Part shown: piece by piece, positions 13,538 through 26,429 of the stretch
How the letters are laid out: the number at the start of each line of letters is the position of its first letter
Position numbering within the stretch: the first letter of the stretch is position 1
Assembly: GCA_973895155.1 (NCBI GenBank)
Contig: OZ316894.1
Span: 5,604,944 to 5,668,943, forward strand
Direction of reading: 5' to 3'
Length of the DNA: 64,000 bases
Source of the DNA: Marsupella aquatica
Taxonomy: Eukaryota > Plantae > Marchantiophyta
The notes under the pieces: generated by a model
Database searches by the model: none
The model's input: the letters and a program-made list of their open reading frames with translations, nothing else
Told to the model about the DNA's origin: nothing
Program-made: the position numbers and the translations under genes

Positions 13538-14098
13538 GAGCTTTTGTTGAGCTTTAGTGTAGAGTTAGCCACTACTCATTGAAATTTGGTAACTATGTTC
13601 ACTACCCGTTTGTTGCCTCCTGTAGGCACAATATATACAAATAAAGACCAAGAATGAGACTTTTTTATCTAGCAGACAATGGGCGTTGCCATATATCATT
13701 AGTTTTGGTGGGCAAAGGTAGATCTGTTAGTAGAAACGCCCTAAATTTGCAATTATTTATTCACAATCACACCAAAACATACCGGGTTCAGATCAAGATT
13801 TTAATTAGCACTAAAGTGATAAGTAATTGGCCGAACTATGATGGGGGCCCAAAGAAAGCCCCCAAGATACTTTTGTCAAAAATGCATACGGACTGCAATA
13901 TTCTACTCCCACACTGAACTTCTATATAGTTCCTTTGTTCTAAAGAGACCAAAACAAAATATAATGTATTCTATATGGTATTTGTATTCAGGATAGATGA
14001 TGGTGGTTACTTAGGCAGAGGAGAGAGATGAGGGGAGCTTTTGTTGAGCTTTAGTGTAGGGTTAGCCACTACTCATTGAAATTTGGTAACTATGTTCA
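13538..14098. repeat. 64-bp direct repeat pair separated by about 430 bp
   Basis: gagcttttgttgagctttagtgta...ggtaactatgttca at 13538-13601 and 14035-14098, 1 mismatch. Confidence 0.8.
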
Positions 14099-15135
14099 TT
14101 GCCTCAATCAATTTAAATTAGCAGTGGGACACCTTGGTAGGGTTTTCTTGCATGAGTTGCATAGAAATTCAAAGAAATAATCCAATGATGGGGATAGGCA
14201 ATAGAAAACACACTGTTGGAAACATTTCATTCAGTAGTCTCATGTGTCAGGTGAGGGTGTCACCAAGTTTTGGTAGGATATCTGTTTTACTCCTTAATTT
14301 GGGCACATTGTTGGTATTGTCAAAGCATCATCATACCTCCCAACTCTCAAAACAAAAATGATTGGGCCTGCCCCAAATCCCAACAATAAGGGATTTAGTT
14401 TAAGTTCCTGTATTCTTGAGGGAGTTGAACCGGCTAATGCCACAAGCGTCTAGGAGGGAAGATATGTTAAAGACTCACATCATATTTACTCACAAATGCT
14501 ATCAGTAGTTATTCGGGACAGCTTTTAAAGAAATCTTTCTTGACCTAAGGACAGCCATGTGATCTTCAAAGACTGGAGAATCCAGCTGTCAATAAGGGGG
14601 TAGATTTTCCCCTGAAATTTTTTTTCTATCATTTTTCCACGAGCTGGACAAGGGATTATTTGGCTGTATTTCACCAATTAAAATATCATGATTGCCAGCA
14701 ACATTACTACCGTAGTACGTACCATCCTGACTTATGCAACAAATAAAAATATTAAAATTTTGGACCTGAGTGACAAAATATTTTAGAGTAAATTCCAAAA
14801 GTCTCAAAATAATATGCAAATTTAACAACAGCCTGAGCATTTTGATATGTACATTGACTTTCGTTATTTTCAAATTACAAATTAAATGAAATTGGAGAGC
14901 ATTACTGGCTTATTTACAAGCACTGAGGGTATCCAACAACACGAAGCAACACACGAAGGGGATCCAGCAATTAATAAGATTAAATAGTTCTTAGGTCATT
15001 AAATGGATTAATGTGTTGTTAGAGCATTATGGACAATAATTATATCCCTCAAGTTTTTTGGGGCATTGTGATACGGGTTGTGATCCTCTATACAACATTC
15101 CTTCATACTAAATGTATTTCTTAATTTTTCCCTTT

Positions 15136-17764
15136 TGTTGTAACCATTTACTCTAGACCATGGTTAACCCCTAACCCTATCCTGAAGGGGTAACATGGGT
15201 TAACACCAACCCCAACATGTAACCCTATGGTGACTATATAAGTCACACCCATAATGGAACACAATAGCGAGTTGCAAGTCTCTCCATTGTCACACAACAC
15301 GTTATCAGCGCAATAGCATCTAAATTTTTTTTTCAGTTTGGAGTTAAGGTAGGATAATTGGAGTACGGCTTTCAGACAAAGAAATTGACTTCCAATGTTG
15401 CGTTTTTAGCCCCACCCCACATCAGTAACTGCCACCGATTCAAATCACACCATAATTTAAACTTCGGATCCTCTGAATAGTCCACGAATCCTTACGGAAA
15501 ACACACAATCCGTATATAATTGATTAGTGACACTATCGGAGAGGCATGAATCACTTTGAAATAGTGTTTTCCCGTTCAAATTCGACTCAATTTTTTTATA
15601 TCTTATTGTTCCGCCACGGAAATCCTGAGTTTCTTTTATCGCCAAGGAAAATCCCGTGGATAAAAAGGCTACACCCAAATCCCTGGAAGGGATTACGATT
15701 TAACCTATTCGCCAGTTATGGATGTAACTACCTTTAGGTACTTAATATCTTTTTCAAGAAAGCATAAACTCAAAAACATACTCATGGACGTGGTAACTGC
15801 GTACCTATATGGAGTCTTAGACTCCGAAATATATATGAAAGCTCCAAAGGAATTGCTCGAAAGAGTGGTAGAGCACATCCAGGGGAAGAATATACATACC
15901 CTAAGTCAGGACATGAAGTCGGGACTTCGACAGATTGTCCCTGATGATGACATTAAAGGCCTAGTGTTGAGCAGTGGCAACACACTCAAAGAACCACTCC
16001 AGTACCCAGGTAAATATGGGACTGGACAGCAGGCATTTGCTGTGCAAGTCCTTAAATCAATAAACGGACTAAAACAGAGCGGACGCATCTGGTATCAGAC
16101 ATTCAAAACTAAGATGCAGACTCTTGGCTTTATAAATGACGACCTCGCCCCTTGCATTTTTATAAAACACCTAGCACCTGAGTTCGTGATATTAGCACTA
16201 TATGTTGATGACGTCAATCTGTTCGGCACCCCCAAGCTATTAAAGCAGACTATTAATACAATGAAGGGCATCTTCGAAATGAAAGAACTGGGAGAACCGA
16301 CGTATTGCCTCGGTCTACAGTTCGACCACCTGCCACAAGGTATGTTTATTAGTCAATCAACTTACACAAAGAAAATTCTTCGACAGTTTAACATGCAGAA
16401 TGCTTACTCAGTCTCGACTCCCATGGAGATGCGATCCCTGGACATCACTAAAGATATGTTTAGAAGGAGACAAGAAAATGAACCACTTCTTGATGCAGAC
16501 AAGCCTTATTTATCTGCAATCGGAGCTCTCCTCTATCTGGCGAACAACACCCGTCCCGACATTTCATTTGCAGTGAGTCTCTTGGCACGACATAGCGCCC
16601 AACCTACTATTCGCCACTGGAACGGCATCAAACGACTATTTCGTTATCTTCAAGGCTCCATGGATATGGGCCTGTATTTCGCCAATGATAACCCGGATGA
16701 ACTGCAAGGATACGCGGACGCTGGATATCTATCCGATCCGCATGACTCGAAATCTCAGACTGGTTATGTCTTCTTGCAAGGCAACACAGCAATATCATGG
16801 CGCAGTACAAAACAAACCTTGACTACCACATCGTCCAATCATTCAGAAGTAATAGCTCTTTACGAAGCAACAAGAGAAGCGCTATGGCTTCGAAACATCA
16901 TAAACCACATCCGCAAGAATACTGGTAAGCCACTACTCACCAAACCGACGATTATCCATGAAGATAACAAAGCTTGCGTGGACCAAATCAATGCAGGATA
17001 TATGAAGACAGACCGCACGAAGCATATCGACCCAAAATTTTTCTTTACCCATGAACAGATAGGGCAGCACATCAATGTGCACTGGAAGAGCTCCCAGGAG
17101 AACTGTGCTGATCTATTCACGAAGCCATTACCCGCCAGCCTCCATCGAAAGCACGTAGCAGCGATCGGCATGACAAGATTGTCGACATTGCGCCCGCCCG
17201 TCGACACACAAACGAGAGAAACTCCACAGTTTGAATGAGCAGCTCGAGCCGACAGACGACAGCCGACTCGACGACGATGCAACCTAAAACTTTCATTCCT
17301 GTATACATAGACAGAATACGATTTCTCATACCAATACAAGATAGAATAATTATTATCGTAAACACCCCATTTAAACTAAGGGGAAGTAGTTTTAGTAATA
17401 GGGGACCCAAATTAAACTTTACATTTGGACAAATTATAAGGTAGACTCACCTTAGTGCAAATTTAAGAAAATCCTACTAATGGTGGCTAGAACCCTTTTT
17501 CCTTATGAAGAAAGCAGAAGGTTTTAATGGGGCAGCACCAAAAATAAACATAGGGTTAGTAGTGTGGTGATTTTATACCCCTAAACTCTCCAAGGGGAAG
17601 TGTTGTAACCATTTACTCTAGACCATGGTTAACCCCTAACCCTATCCTGAAGGGGTAACATGGGTTAACACCAACCCCAACATGTAACCCTATGGTGACT
17701 ATATAAGTCATACCCATAATGGAACACAATAGCGAGTTGCAAGTCTCTCCATTGTCACACAACA
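15136..17764 (+). mobile_element. Internally deleted Ty1/copia LTR retrotransposon, Bianca-like lineage
   Basis: 164-bp LTRs (15136-15299, 17601-17764; TGTTG...CAACA) differing at 1 nt; perfect TSD ccttt; PBS cgttatcagcgc at 15300; PPT aaggggaag at 17592-17600. Confidence 0.95.
15718..17238 (+). CDS. Copia reverse transcriptase-RNase H (N-terminally truncated pol; no gag, protease or integrase)
   Basis: Uninterrupted 506-aa ORF with MDVVTAYLYG, GLKQSGRIWY, LYVDD, TRPDISFAV, GYADAGYLSDP, TSSNHSE, EDNKAC, DRTKHIDPKFFFTHE and ADLFTKPL, which are Bianca-type motifs. Confidence 0.9.
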   Translation: MDVTTFRYLISFSRKHKLKNILMDVVTAYLYGVLDSEIYMKAPKELLERVVEHIQGKNIHTLSQDMKSGLRQIVPDDDIKGLVLSSGNTLKEPLQYPGKYGTGQQAFAVQVLKSINGLKQSGRIWYQTFKTKMQTLGFINDDLAPCIFIKHLAPEFVILALYVDDVNLFGTPKLLKQTINTMKGIFEMKELGEPTYCLGLQFDHLPQGMFISQSTYTKKILRQFNMQNAYSVSTPMEMRSLDITKDMFRRRQENEPLLDADKPYLSAIGALLYLANNTRPDISFAVSLLARHSAQPTIRHWNGIKRLFRYLQGSMDMGLYFANDNPDELQGYADAGYLSDPHDSKSQTGYVFLQGNTAISWRSTKQTLTTTSSNHSEVIALYEATREALWLRNIINHIRKNTGKPLLTKPTIIHEDNKACVDQINAGYMKTDRTKHIDPKFFFTHEQIGQHINVHWKSSQENCADLFTKPLPASLHRKHVAAIGMTRLSTLRPPVDTQTRETPQFE

Positions 17765-20700
17765 CCTTTGTATTTTTCAGGGCATTCTAGGAGAAAAAGA
17801 ATATATGCCTAGTCAAGATTTTGATCCCATAGTGCCCTCTAAACAGGACTTTATTAGGGCCTTCAAACCTCAAAATCTGATTCTAAATTTTTTTTAACCT
17901 CACTAAACTTTGACAGGCCCTCTCATATCCTTAATGCCCTCTGATACCCCTAAGGCCCTCTCAACAGGGTTTTAACGTATACAAAATGCCTCGCTGATTT
18001 GGCGATCGGCCATCAAATGCTGTCGCTAGAAACGATCCTCTGTGCAGCGGTGGTGGGGGCAGGAGCAGCAGCGCAGACTTACTTTACACCTACAGAGGCG
18101 ACCTGTCATGATGTCATTGAGCGCCAATATGACGCCGATTCATCAATGGGAAACGATTTCATATTATCCGGTTCCGCAGAGTAAACGGATAACGTTTCTG
18201 TGCATTGTTTTCGGAAGAAGGAATCGAAAAAGAGGCCTTTCGGTGCTTCAGGTCCCTTGCTTGCTTGCTTGCGTGTCAATGCTTCTCTCTCATGGCTCGA
18301 ATCCGTCCAGCGAGTGTGGCAGCAATTAGAAAAGATGGTTTTCTCGACTGAGCATCTGTCTCGGACGTCGCACTGACGCGGCGGATAATGTTTTCTCGAC
18401 ACGCGCGCTAGTCGTCGTTGGCTTTGCCAACTTAATTGTCTGGATTGCAAAAGCAATACCAATATGTGTAACTCGTTGCGTGATGTGTCGCTGGCTTGAT
18501 TATTATTTATTTAGTTAATTAGAGGTACGCTTTTCGAGCTGAGTCATGCCGCTCTCGAGCATGATAAATTCATGACGAGTCGATTACTGTATAGAGAGTG
18601 GAGCTTGGAGAGTGTTCATGGCGGCCTCCAGTGGGAGCAAAGGTAAGGAGCTGAAAAGGGGGTCGGGAAGCTTGACGACACGCGTCCGAGTCGTCTGTTT
18701 GCTGTAGTGATTTCAGTAGACCGACAACTTACTTTAATGTTGATTCCAAAGAGACACTTTAACAGGCCAATCCACTTCGACAGTGGTAACCGAAAGCATG
18801 GATATCGAACAATCCAATCCAGTTTGGGCACATGTCGCGTCGATTTTTCAGTTTTTCAATTATGAAAAGTGCGATTCGTAGGTTGCCTAGATGGTCGATT
18901 TCACCGTAGGGGGCTTTGTTTGTCATTGATGTTCTGCGATCGTGTGCTGTGTGCGAGGGTTGGAGTGTTTGAGGGGCTTGAGGTGGAGAAATTCTTCCAG
19001 ACGGCCTTTTGCCAAATCGCAAAATTGAAGCGTTGGACAATCTTCGAAGTGGTTTTGGCGAAAATGATTTTCGGTCTGTTCGAATTCGGGCTCCAGATGC
19101 CATACAAAAACAATGAACCTGTACTGCGAAGCCACTCGTTGCGTCGAGAGAGGGGTGTTAGACGTCCTTTGTTCTCGTTGTCATGATATTACCTGAAGAA
19201 GATAAAACGCAAGCTTTTAGCGTAGATCGACTGAAATTAAGGTACCATGTCAGAAGAGACAGCAGATAGCCTCTGACTTGCTTCTAGGTCGCTTTTTGTT
19301 TCGGTGGTGCTTCATTCCAATGTGACGTTTCCTACGAAAATCCTCAACGAAGTTACTACAAACTCACTAATTCCCTTGGAGAGTGATTCTGATTTAATTC
19401 AATAATTCCATGTCGTCTCCATCACTGTCGTTCGCTTCATCAGTTTTGTTCTATGCTTCCTATCTTGTGCTTCCACATATCTTGATCTGCGTGAAACGAT
19501 CACTACAGTAGTTAACTGTGTAGCTAACTGTAGGTTGGGGAAAAACCCGAAACTGGAAGCGTAATATAATCTGACCTTTTGTTCCTTACGGCCGGTTAGA
19601 TGCCGACAGTCAACTTCACATCCGTGCTTTCTTCTTCACAAAGCTCAGTTCATTTGGGCTTCCAGACTAATATTCAATTCATTTTAAAGGTGTGACCGTG
19701 TCTTATACGATGTTCACACATTGTTCAACTTCTCACGCTGTTGCTAGATTATTCTTTTCTTGGTTTTATCCACTGCGCACATGATCTCTTGCTCTGTATC
19801 ATCTGGTACCTTTCATGTTGGTCTTTCTAAGAATTCGTCTTCATCTGTTGAAGTCTGATGGAGTTGACATATAGTATCTATATGATTATCTCCACACAGC
19901 TATATATTTCTTTTTGTAATTCTCAATAGTTCTCGCTGTAGCTGTTTAGATTTGTTCTCGTAATCTGTGGGAGATGCAACTTCTCCACCTTGTGCTTTCC
20001 AGTGATAATCTGTTATGTTTGGAGTCAGGTTCGTTTATCTACTCTCCATACTCTTTTAAGCTCTTACCAGTGGGGATGCCGATGTTAGGCGATTGCTGAG
20101 TATCGTAGTGATTTCTGGATAGGCTTGCCCTAGTCGTTTTATTATCCCGGTATGGTTACATGATCGGATAGTAGAAGTTTGTCTCACTACCAATAATGAA
20201 ATATTAAGTATACCAGTGTAATCCTGATAATATACACAGCAATGCAATAAACTGGACATTTTGCGGAAATTATGAATGATGCGCTTAAGAATGAATCTAG
20301 GGGAGAAGAGCATGACAGAGCTCGTGAAGGAGCTGGTAAGTACGAATCTCACCCAAGTTCCAAAGCAGGGGTTTGGTAGGGGAGGGGAGATTTCACTCGG
20401 GCTAATTAGAAACCTTCATGTGGTTTCTGCTCATAACGAGAGAAAGTGCAACTAGAATTCCCTTCAAGTTGTTCAATATAAAGCCCGCATTTGAGTTTAG
20501 ATCTCAACCCAACCACAATGGAATAAAGGTAGTCGATCGACTGAAAATAAAGTTTCTCAAAGCATGATCTGCGCATTCGCGCCTTTGTTTACTTTTGTGC
20601 CTTCTCCATTGCTTATTCCCAGAAACCACCACTCTTCTGTCAGACGGTCAATGTACCGTCTAAAAAGCTAGATTAGCGATCGACGTCAGGACCGCCAAGC

Positions 20701-21629
20701 ATTGGCACTCTACCCTCTACAGTCTTTGAACATTCGAAAGCTGACAGCAAAATTTGGCAACTCGATGTGGACCATGCCCTAAGGATGCGGACTCAAAATA
20801 ATCTATGAATGGAGATGAAACCAGAAGACAAGTTGCAGATAACTTGAATAAGCCACGTAAGAATGCATTGTCTGCAGTATTCCCAGCGTACTAGGGATTT
20901 AATTTGGAGATAGTTTCAGAAATTGAATAGCATTCTTCAGTGATAGCTATGTGAACGCAGACTCACCTTGGCCAACCCATATGCTACCACAGCAAGAAAA
21001 GGGTAATACGCTTACAATGACTGACAGGAGTTGCAAGGTCTGCATTGGCTTCGCCAAACCAAAACAATTCCAACGAGGATACTGTTTGGAACGAGTCCAA
21101 ATACTGTCAACCAGTGTTTGGTATCAAAACCATAGACGGAAATAAAAACCGAGTACACTTACAGTGCAGTAACACTTAAGCAGGAACAGCTACTGCACAG
21201 TCACGTATAATGGATGAGATCTTCAAGGCAAAATGCATTCAGTCCATACACGGTTAGGAAGTTCAGGTAGTCCTTCATCAGCAAGGAGACTTGCTTGTGG
21301 AAACAGATTTTGCGGAAACAGATTGTTTAAGTTAGTGGAATTAGTTCTTGCCGATCTGTCCACAAAACTTAGAGGGTTATTAGTAAGTTGGTGATATCAA
21401 TCAGCTCGGACTTGGAGCCATGGGTGGAATACTTGGCTGTCTGAAATTCAATGAATCTACAGATTTGGAAGATTTGGTGAACTTCGCAAACCAGGATGTC
21501 ATGGCGTCCCTTGGTGTGATGGAATCTGAAGAATGTACAGTCAAGATGTGGATCATCTCATTATGACAGTTTTCCTCTACTTTATTAGAATTAGTAGAGG
21601 CCTTTGAGAGTGTTAAGGTCCTTTTACCA

Positions 21630-21861
21630 GATAATTCTGAACAATAATAGCCCCTCAAAACTTGAACAATAATAGCCCCTCAAAAGTAGATGTGATGCCC
21701 TATAAACATTAGTATACAGATCATTCTGAACAATAATATATAGCCCCTCAAAACCAGATGGGATGCATGCCCTCTAAACAAGACATTAGTATCCAGATCA
21801 TTCTGAACAATAATAGCCCCTCAAAGCTAGATGGGATGCCCTCTAAACAAGACATTAGTAT
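21630..21861. repeat. Imperfect tandem repeat
   Basis: Four copies of tgaacaataatagcccctcaaa, the longer units continuing with agatgggatgccctctaaaca...cattagtat. Confidence 0.8.
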
Positions 21862-22029
21862 GTGCTTAATGCTCTATGTGATTTTTCTCTTTGTCATCTT
21901 ATATTCCACTTTGTAATTTCAGTGGAATATGCCCGGGGATATGCACCATCAAGATTTGTTTAAACTCATAATTAAATTCTACTGTACTTTTACTAAAACT
22001 AGTAAAAATGAAACTTTCTTAGGGTATTA

Positions 22030-22166
22030 ATGCAACAACAGCTTCTCTGAATTTGAGAAGCTGTTGTTGCATATAATGTTCTGTGTTCCCAGTTTTGAGA
22101 AGCTGTTATTGCATATAATTAATATACCAGAAAATTATATGCAACAACAGCTTCTCAAAACTGGGA
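22030..22166. repeat. Two adjacent inverted repeats built from the same unit
   Basis: Hairpin 1: 18-bp perfect arms 22030-22047/22055-22072. Hairpin 2: 34-bp arms 22087-22120/22133-22166 with 1 mismatch. Shared unit gagaagctgttgttgcat. Confidence 0.9.
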
Positions 22167-23766
22167 GATGAATCTCTCTTTTTTCCCCGCAGCATTAATG
22201 ACCTGTGTAAGTTTTTGTATCTTTGTCTTTGTAATATTCAAGGCATTGATGGCAAACCATTGCACTATCAAGATTTGGATTGGCATCAATGGAGGTCAAT
22301 TTTAAGTTTTTAAGTTTTTAATAGTTTTTTGCGTACCCATAATTGCGACTCCAAGATTCTGCTGATATCAGGTATTGCCTGCAGCTGCTCTTTGATAAGG
22401 ATGGAGGAGGGCGGAATTGGTGCAGGGATGCGACGGCCTGGTGCAATGATGTGGACGTGGTGCGGAGGGATATTGTGGTGTCTATTCTGTCGACATGTGG
22501 GGATGGTGTTTCTGGCAGCCAGTGTAGGCAATACGTTGAATAGATTGAGGGCTTCACATTTCACTCATACTGCCTTAAGTAGTTTGCCCAATGGTAGAAA
22601 CCAAATGAACTTAATTTCCTCAAAAATATTTTAAAATATTTATAAGCTCTGGAAAAGGGGGGAAGCAAGCAGCACAATGATTCATGAGCCAAGGAGACAA
22701 TTCACACCAAGGAGTCCAGGTGGCACCCAAATAAGCTGAATTGTCACAAATGGATTGCAATTTTCCTACACACTTTCTTGAGATTCTAGGGCATTGATAT
22801 TTTGCAGAATGATTATACAACATTTTCCAGAAATGTTGTTGCAAAATATTTTTTATAGAGCATTGCTTGTTATCGGAAATATAGTCATTTTTCCCTTGGG
22901 GGCCTCATTCCAAGGGAGGGCCCATATCACGGGCGGAGTTTTCAAGTAATAAATACCCTATAACTTAAGAAAATAAAATAGATTTTTACTATTTTTAACC
23001 CCTAACTTTATGGTATATTCTCATGTTTGATATTAAAAACCCTATAGTTCTTATAATTCTTAACTTGGATTAAAACACCCCTATATTTCTTCAACAAAAT
23101 TGTAAAATCTTCCAGTCACGCATTTGAATTAAAAAAACCCTAACTTCTTCACGCATGATGGGTCGGAAAAAAAGAAGTGAGGACCCCGGGACTTTTCCAT
23201 TGTGAAGCTAAAGGAAATTTTAATTTACATGAGCGTCGTGGTGGAATCCTATTTTTTAGAGAGCATTGCTCTTGTTACAAAAAGTGTTTTCATTGACTAA
23301 TTTTATTGTTATACAGCTACTTAAAATTTTACTTTTGGGAGTATTGTTGATGAATCATATTTTTCAGAGAGCACTGCTCTTGTCATAAAGAGCATTTTTT
23401 TTGCTGTAGAGCTACTGGAAATCATGTTGATCATACGACGTTGCTCTTGTTACAAGGACCGCTTCAAGTACTTTGCCGCTACGGAAGCTTCAGGAAATGT
23501 TAAATGTGCATCTTCATTTTCTATTCCATATACATTATTTCTCAATTTCTTTTTTTGGTGCACATTATGTTCTTATAGTGACAGAAATGTAGGTGGACAA
23601 TTAATGACAGAATTTACCATCCATTGTAGTTAAGTTGTCTCATGATTATGTGTAATATGGTCTATTCCATGTTATGATCTGTTCCCTGTCACAGTCCATG
23701 GGGATAGATGGAGACAACTCAGCAGTCCATCTGGGCTTTAGTTTCGAAGGTTCTGTTATGAAAGCA

Positions 23767-24360
23767 CTAGCCCCATGCCCGAGCGTTCCACGAAAGATGT
23801 TGAGTGAGGTCAAAATGTTGAGGTGAGGGCAAGATTTTGAGTGAGGGCAAGATGTTGAGGTGAGGGCAAGATTTCAAGTGAGGGCAAGACATCGAGGTGA
23901 GGGCAAGATTCCAAGTGAGGACTGGATATCGAGGTGAATGCAACATTTTGAGGTGAGGGCAAGATGTGGAGGTGAGGGCAAGATATCGACGGGGATATCG
24001 ACTGAGGGCAAGATGTTGAGGCAAGCCGGGGCAAGATGTCGAGGGGAGGGAAAGATGTCAACTTGGAGAGACAAAAATGTTTAGATGAGGGCAAGATGTC
24101 AAGGCAAGGGCCAGATGTCGAGGAGAGGCAAAGATGTCAACTTGGAGAGACAAAAATGTTTAGATGAGGGCAAGATGTCAAGGCAAGGGCCAGATGTCGA
24201 GGAGAGGCAAAGATGTTGAGGCGAGGGCAAGGTGTCAATTAGAGACAAAGATGTCGAGGAGAGGGTAACATGTCGAGGAGATGCAAAGATGTTGAGGTGA
24301 GGGCAAGGTGTCAAGTAGAGACAAAGAGATGTCGAGGAGAGAGTAACATGTCGAGGAGAT
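23767..24360 (-). mobile_element. Non-autonomous Helitron-like element with internal ~19-bp minisatellite
   Basis: a|ctag at 23766-23770 followed by a degenerate hairpin cccgagcgttccacg (Helitron 3' end read on the minus strand), then many copies of gatgt(c/t)gaggtgagggcaa. Confidence 0.55.
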
Positions 24361-25109
24361 GACCTACAGTGCCCATTGACAGGACTTTATGCCTACTGAT
24401 CTTCGAAGTTTGAGAATTCCCCGACTAATATAGAATGAGCTGTGGAGCAGCACATGGGACGTTGCCACTGTTGAAATTTGAAAGGTATACAGTCGTGATT
24501 GTTATCACTATGAGCCGCAGGACAACAACGCTGTAGACACATATAAGGCATATTAGAAGTGTGATAGAATGGATCAGGCTATCTCGGACACTGGGATTCC
24601 CAGCTTGTAAAAGTTTGAGAAGACATTGAGATACTCTAAAGTGAACTCGTGAATTGGAGATTGTAATGTCTGCTAGGAGTTGGGCGCGCGTCTCAGCCAC
24701 CACCACTGTGCATCAGAACACGATCTACATGTTCCGAACCTTCAGCCAGAAATGAGTGAAAACATGAGTGAAGAAGCTTTTCCTCGTTGTCGTGCGACAT
24801 CTGAAACTTGGCCGAAGGAAAGAAGGCATCGCATTGATGGTCGTCACAAGATCTTGTATGGACCTGGGCAAGTATTCGTTCTCGCAGCAACTCATTCCAC
24901 GAACCAACGCGCGTTAAGCTGTGGCTTAGAATTTGCCGGATTGATTATTATTACTGCTCTTGTAAGCAAGAGAGCCGCATTGAGACCGGTCTCTGGGGGC
25001 TCTCGTGAACTAGAGAACTGGAGAACCAGGTCTAGAGTACTTCGTAGCCATGGAATGCTGGCCCGAATATTGTGAGAACAACCACGAGGAACAACCCACA
25101 ACAGCAGGT

Positions 25110-25957
25110 CCAGAGACGGTAGTAGGAAGTGAATGAATCAAAGAATGAAGGAGTCTCTCAACGTTGGCCTGAGGACAGCATCCTTTGGACAGAAAGATGA
25201 TAGACCTCAAGGCGTAGAGTGGTGCTTCATGCATATCATGCCTATAACCGGGCCCAGACGTGAAAAGTACATATATGTATTGCCCTTCCTTGATTTTCCT
25301 TGATTTTCAGTTGGCTCCTTCACCACACGGTGTGATACCAGCATGGGTCTGAATTCCCAGAACGTGGACAGTTGCGACAGCTGACTCCGGCCAACACTAC
25401 ACAATATAATTGAGTTTATTCGAGAAGCTTTGCAATTCGAGACTTCGTTTTCAGCCCACTTTATTGTCTAGTAATTTTGTTCAGGATCGTTCTACAAAGG
25501 TTACTGGACGACTTCAGTTGGGTTCCAGCTCATCTTTGTATGTCTACACGCAATCAGTGCACAAATTTATAAAATAGTTTCAAAACAGAAAACTCCATTC
25601 GTCTAAAGGTCAAATGACGTGCACCGATCTACTGGCGGCCATGTCTCAGATGGGCCCGGCCCCCGTTTTTAGTCAAGAATCTGTCGGGGATGGCAGGTTG
25701 TGCATGTTCAGAGAGTGAGGAAGGTGGACCGCAGGTCAAAACCTTCGTTGGATATATATGGGAATCTGAAATTAAGATGAGCTCGGTCCTTCACTTCGAT
25801 CAGGGACGGTAGATTCGGAGAGGAATCCTAGCTATTAAATGCCTTCAGTGATCGAGGGACCTCCTTTGAGTTTTGGATAGGCTCCTTGATTCGACTCGTC
25901 ATTCCCCTCGATTCGTCTAGTCATTCCCCCCAATCGGGTGGGTTGCTCCTCGCAACG
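25110..25957 (+). pseudogene. Diverged duplicate of the upstream region of the 31137 secreted-protein gene, with ACG at the start-codon position
   Basis: 25110-25199 aligns to 30321-30413; 25893-25957 resembles 31073-31139 (gctcctcgcaACG vs gcttctcgcaATG); block-to-start spacing is similar (845 vs 816 bp). No homologous coding sequence was recognised downstream. Confidence 0.45.
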
Positions 25958-26429
25958 GTGAATCGTCCTCTTCTTGGCTGCTGTAATTTAATGTTCTCGT
26001 TCTGTGTATTGTCCCTTCGCCGTGAGTCTGATTTCCAGTGTCGCAGTAGCTCTCTATAGCTCCACTTAGTATGACCTTGGCAGTCAATTTGCCGGCTTCA
26101 GGAAAAGTAAAGATGTTTGCCGATGCGGATTGTGAAACGTGATTAGGAGAGTCATCACGGGCTCAGTTTTGCATTTCAGTTTATTCTAAAGCAATTGTTT
26201 ACCAAAGATATCTCATTCTTTCGTGTATTCGCTCTGTTGGCCCTAGGAAACAATAAAATAGTTATTTTGTCTGTTTGTGGCCCTTCCGCAGCTTTTCTGA
26301 ATATTTGCAGTCACCATTACAACAGAGAAACTGGTCGGATTGACAGTCCGATAATAACTTCTTCTTTTTTTGCCTTGAAACCCAAAGCTGACCAATCCAA
26401 CAGAGGATAGACCATCAACTCCGGAGCAT

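Larger units (their letters stand above)
21420..22634 (+). pseudogene. Possible decayed gene fragments with WD40-like CT(I/V)K(I/M)W motifs
   Basis: CTVKMW (21534), CTIKI (21942) and CTIKIW (22261), the latter two in exon-like blocks after AG acceptors. No coherent long reading frame could be assembled. Confidence 0.25.

Noticed and set aside
15165-15182. Telomere-like ccctaaccct in the Bianca LTR
   Set aside because: Fewer than two full units; not a telomeric array.
23790-24360. Regular ~19-bp repeat array resembling CRISPR, and the SCPHL-repeat ORFs across it
   Set aside because: Units are contiguous and degenerate, with no unique spacers and no cas genes; the ORFs are by-products of the minisatellite.
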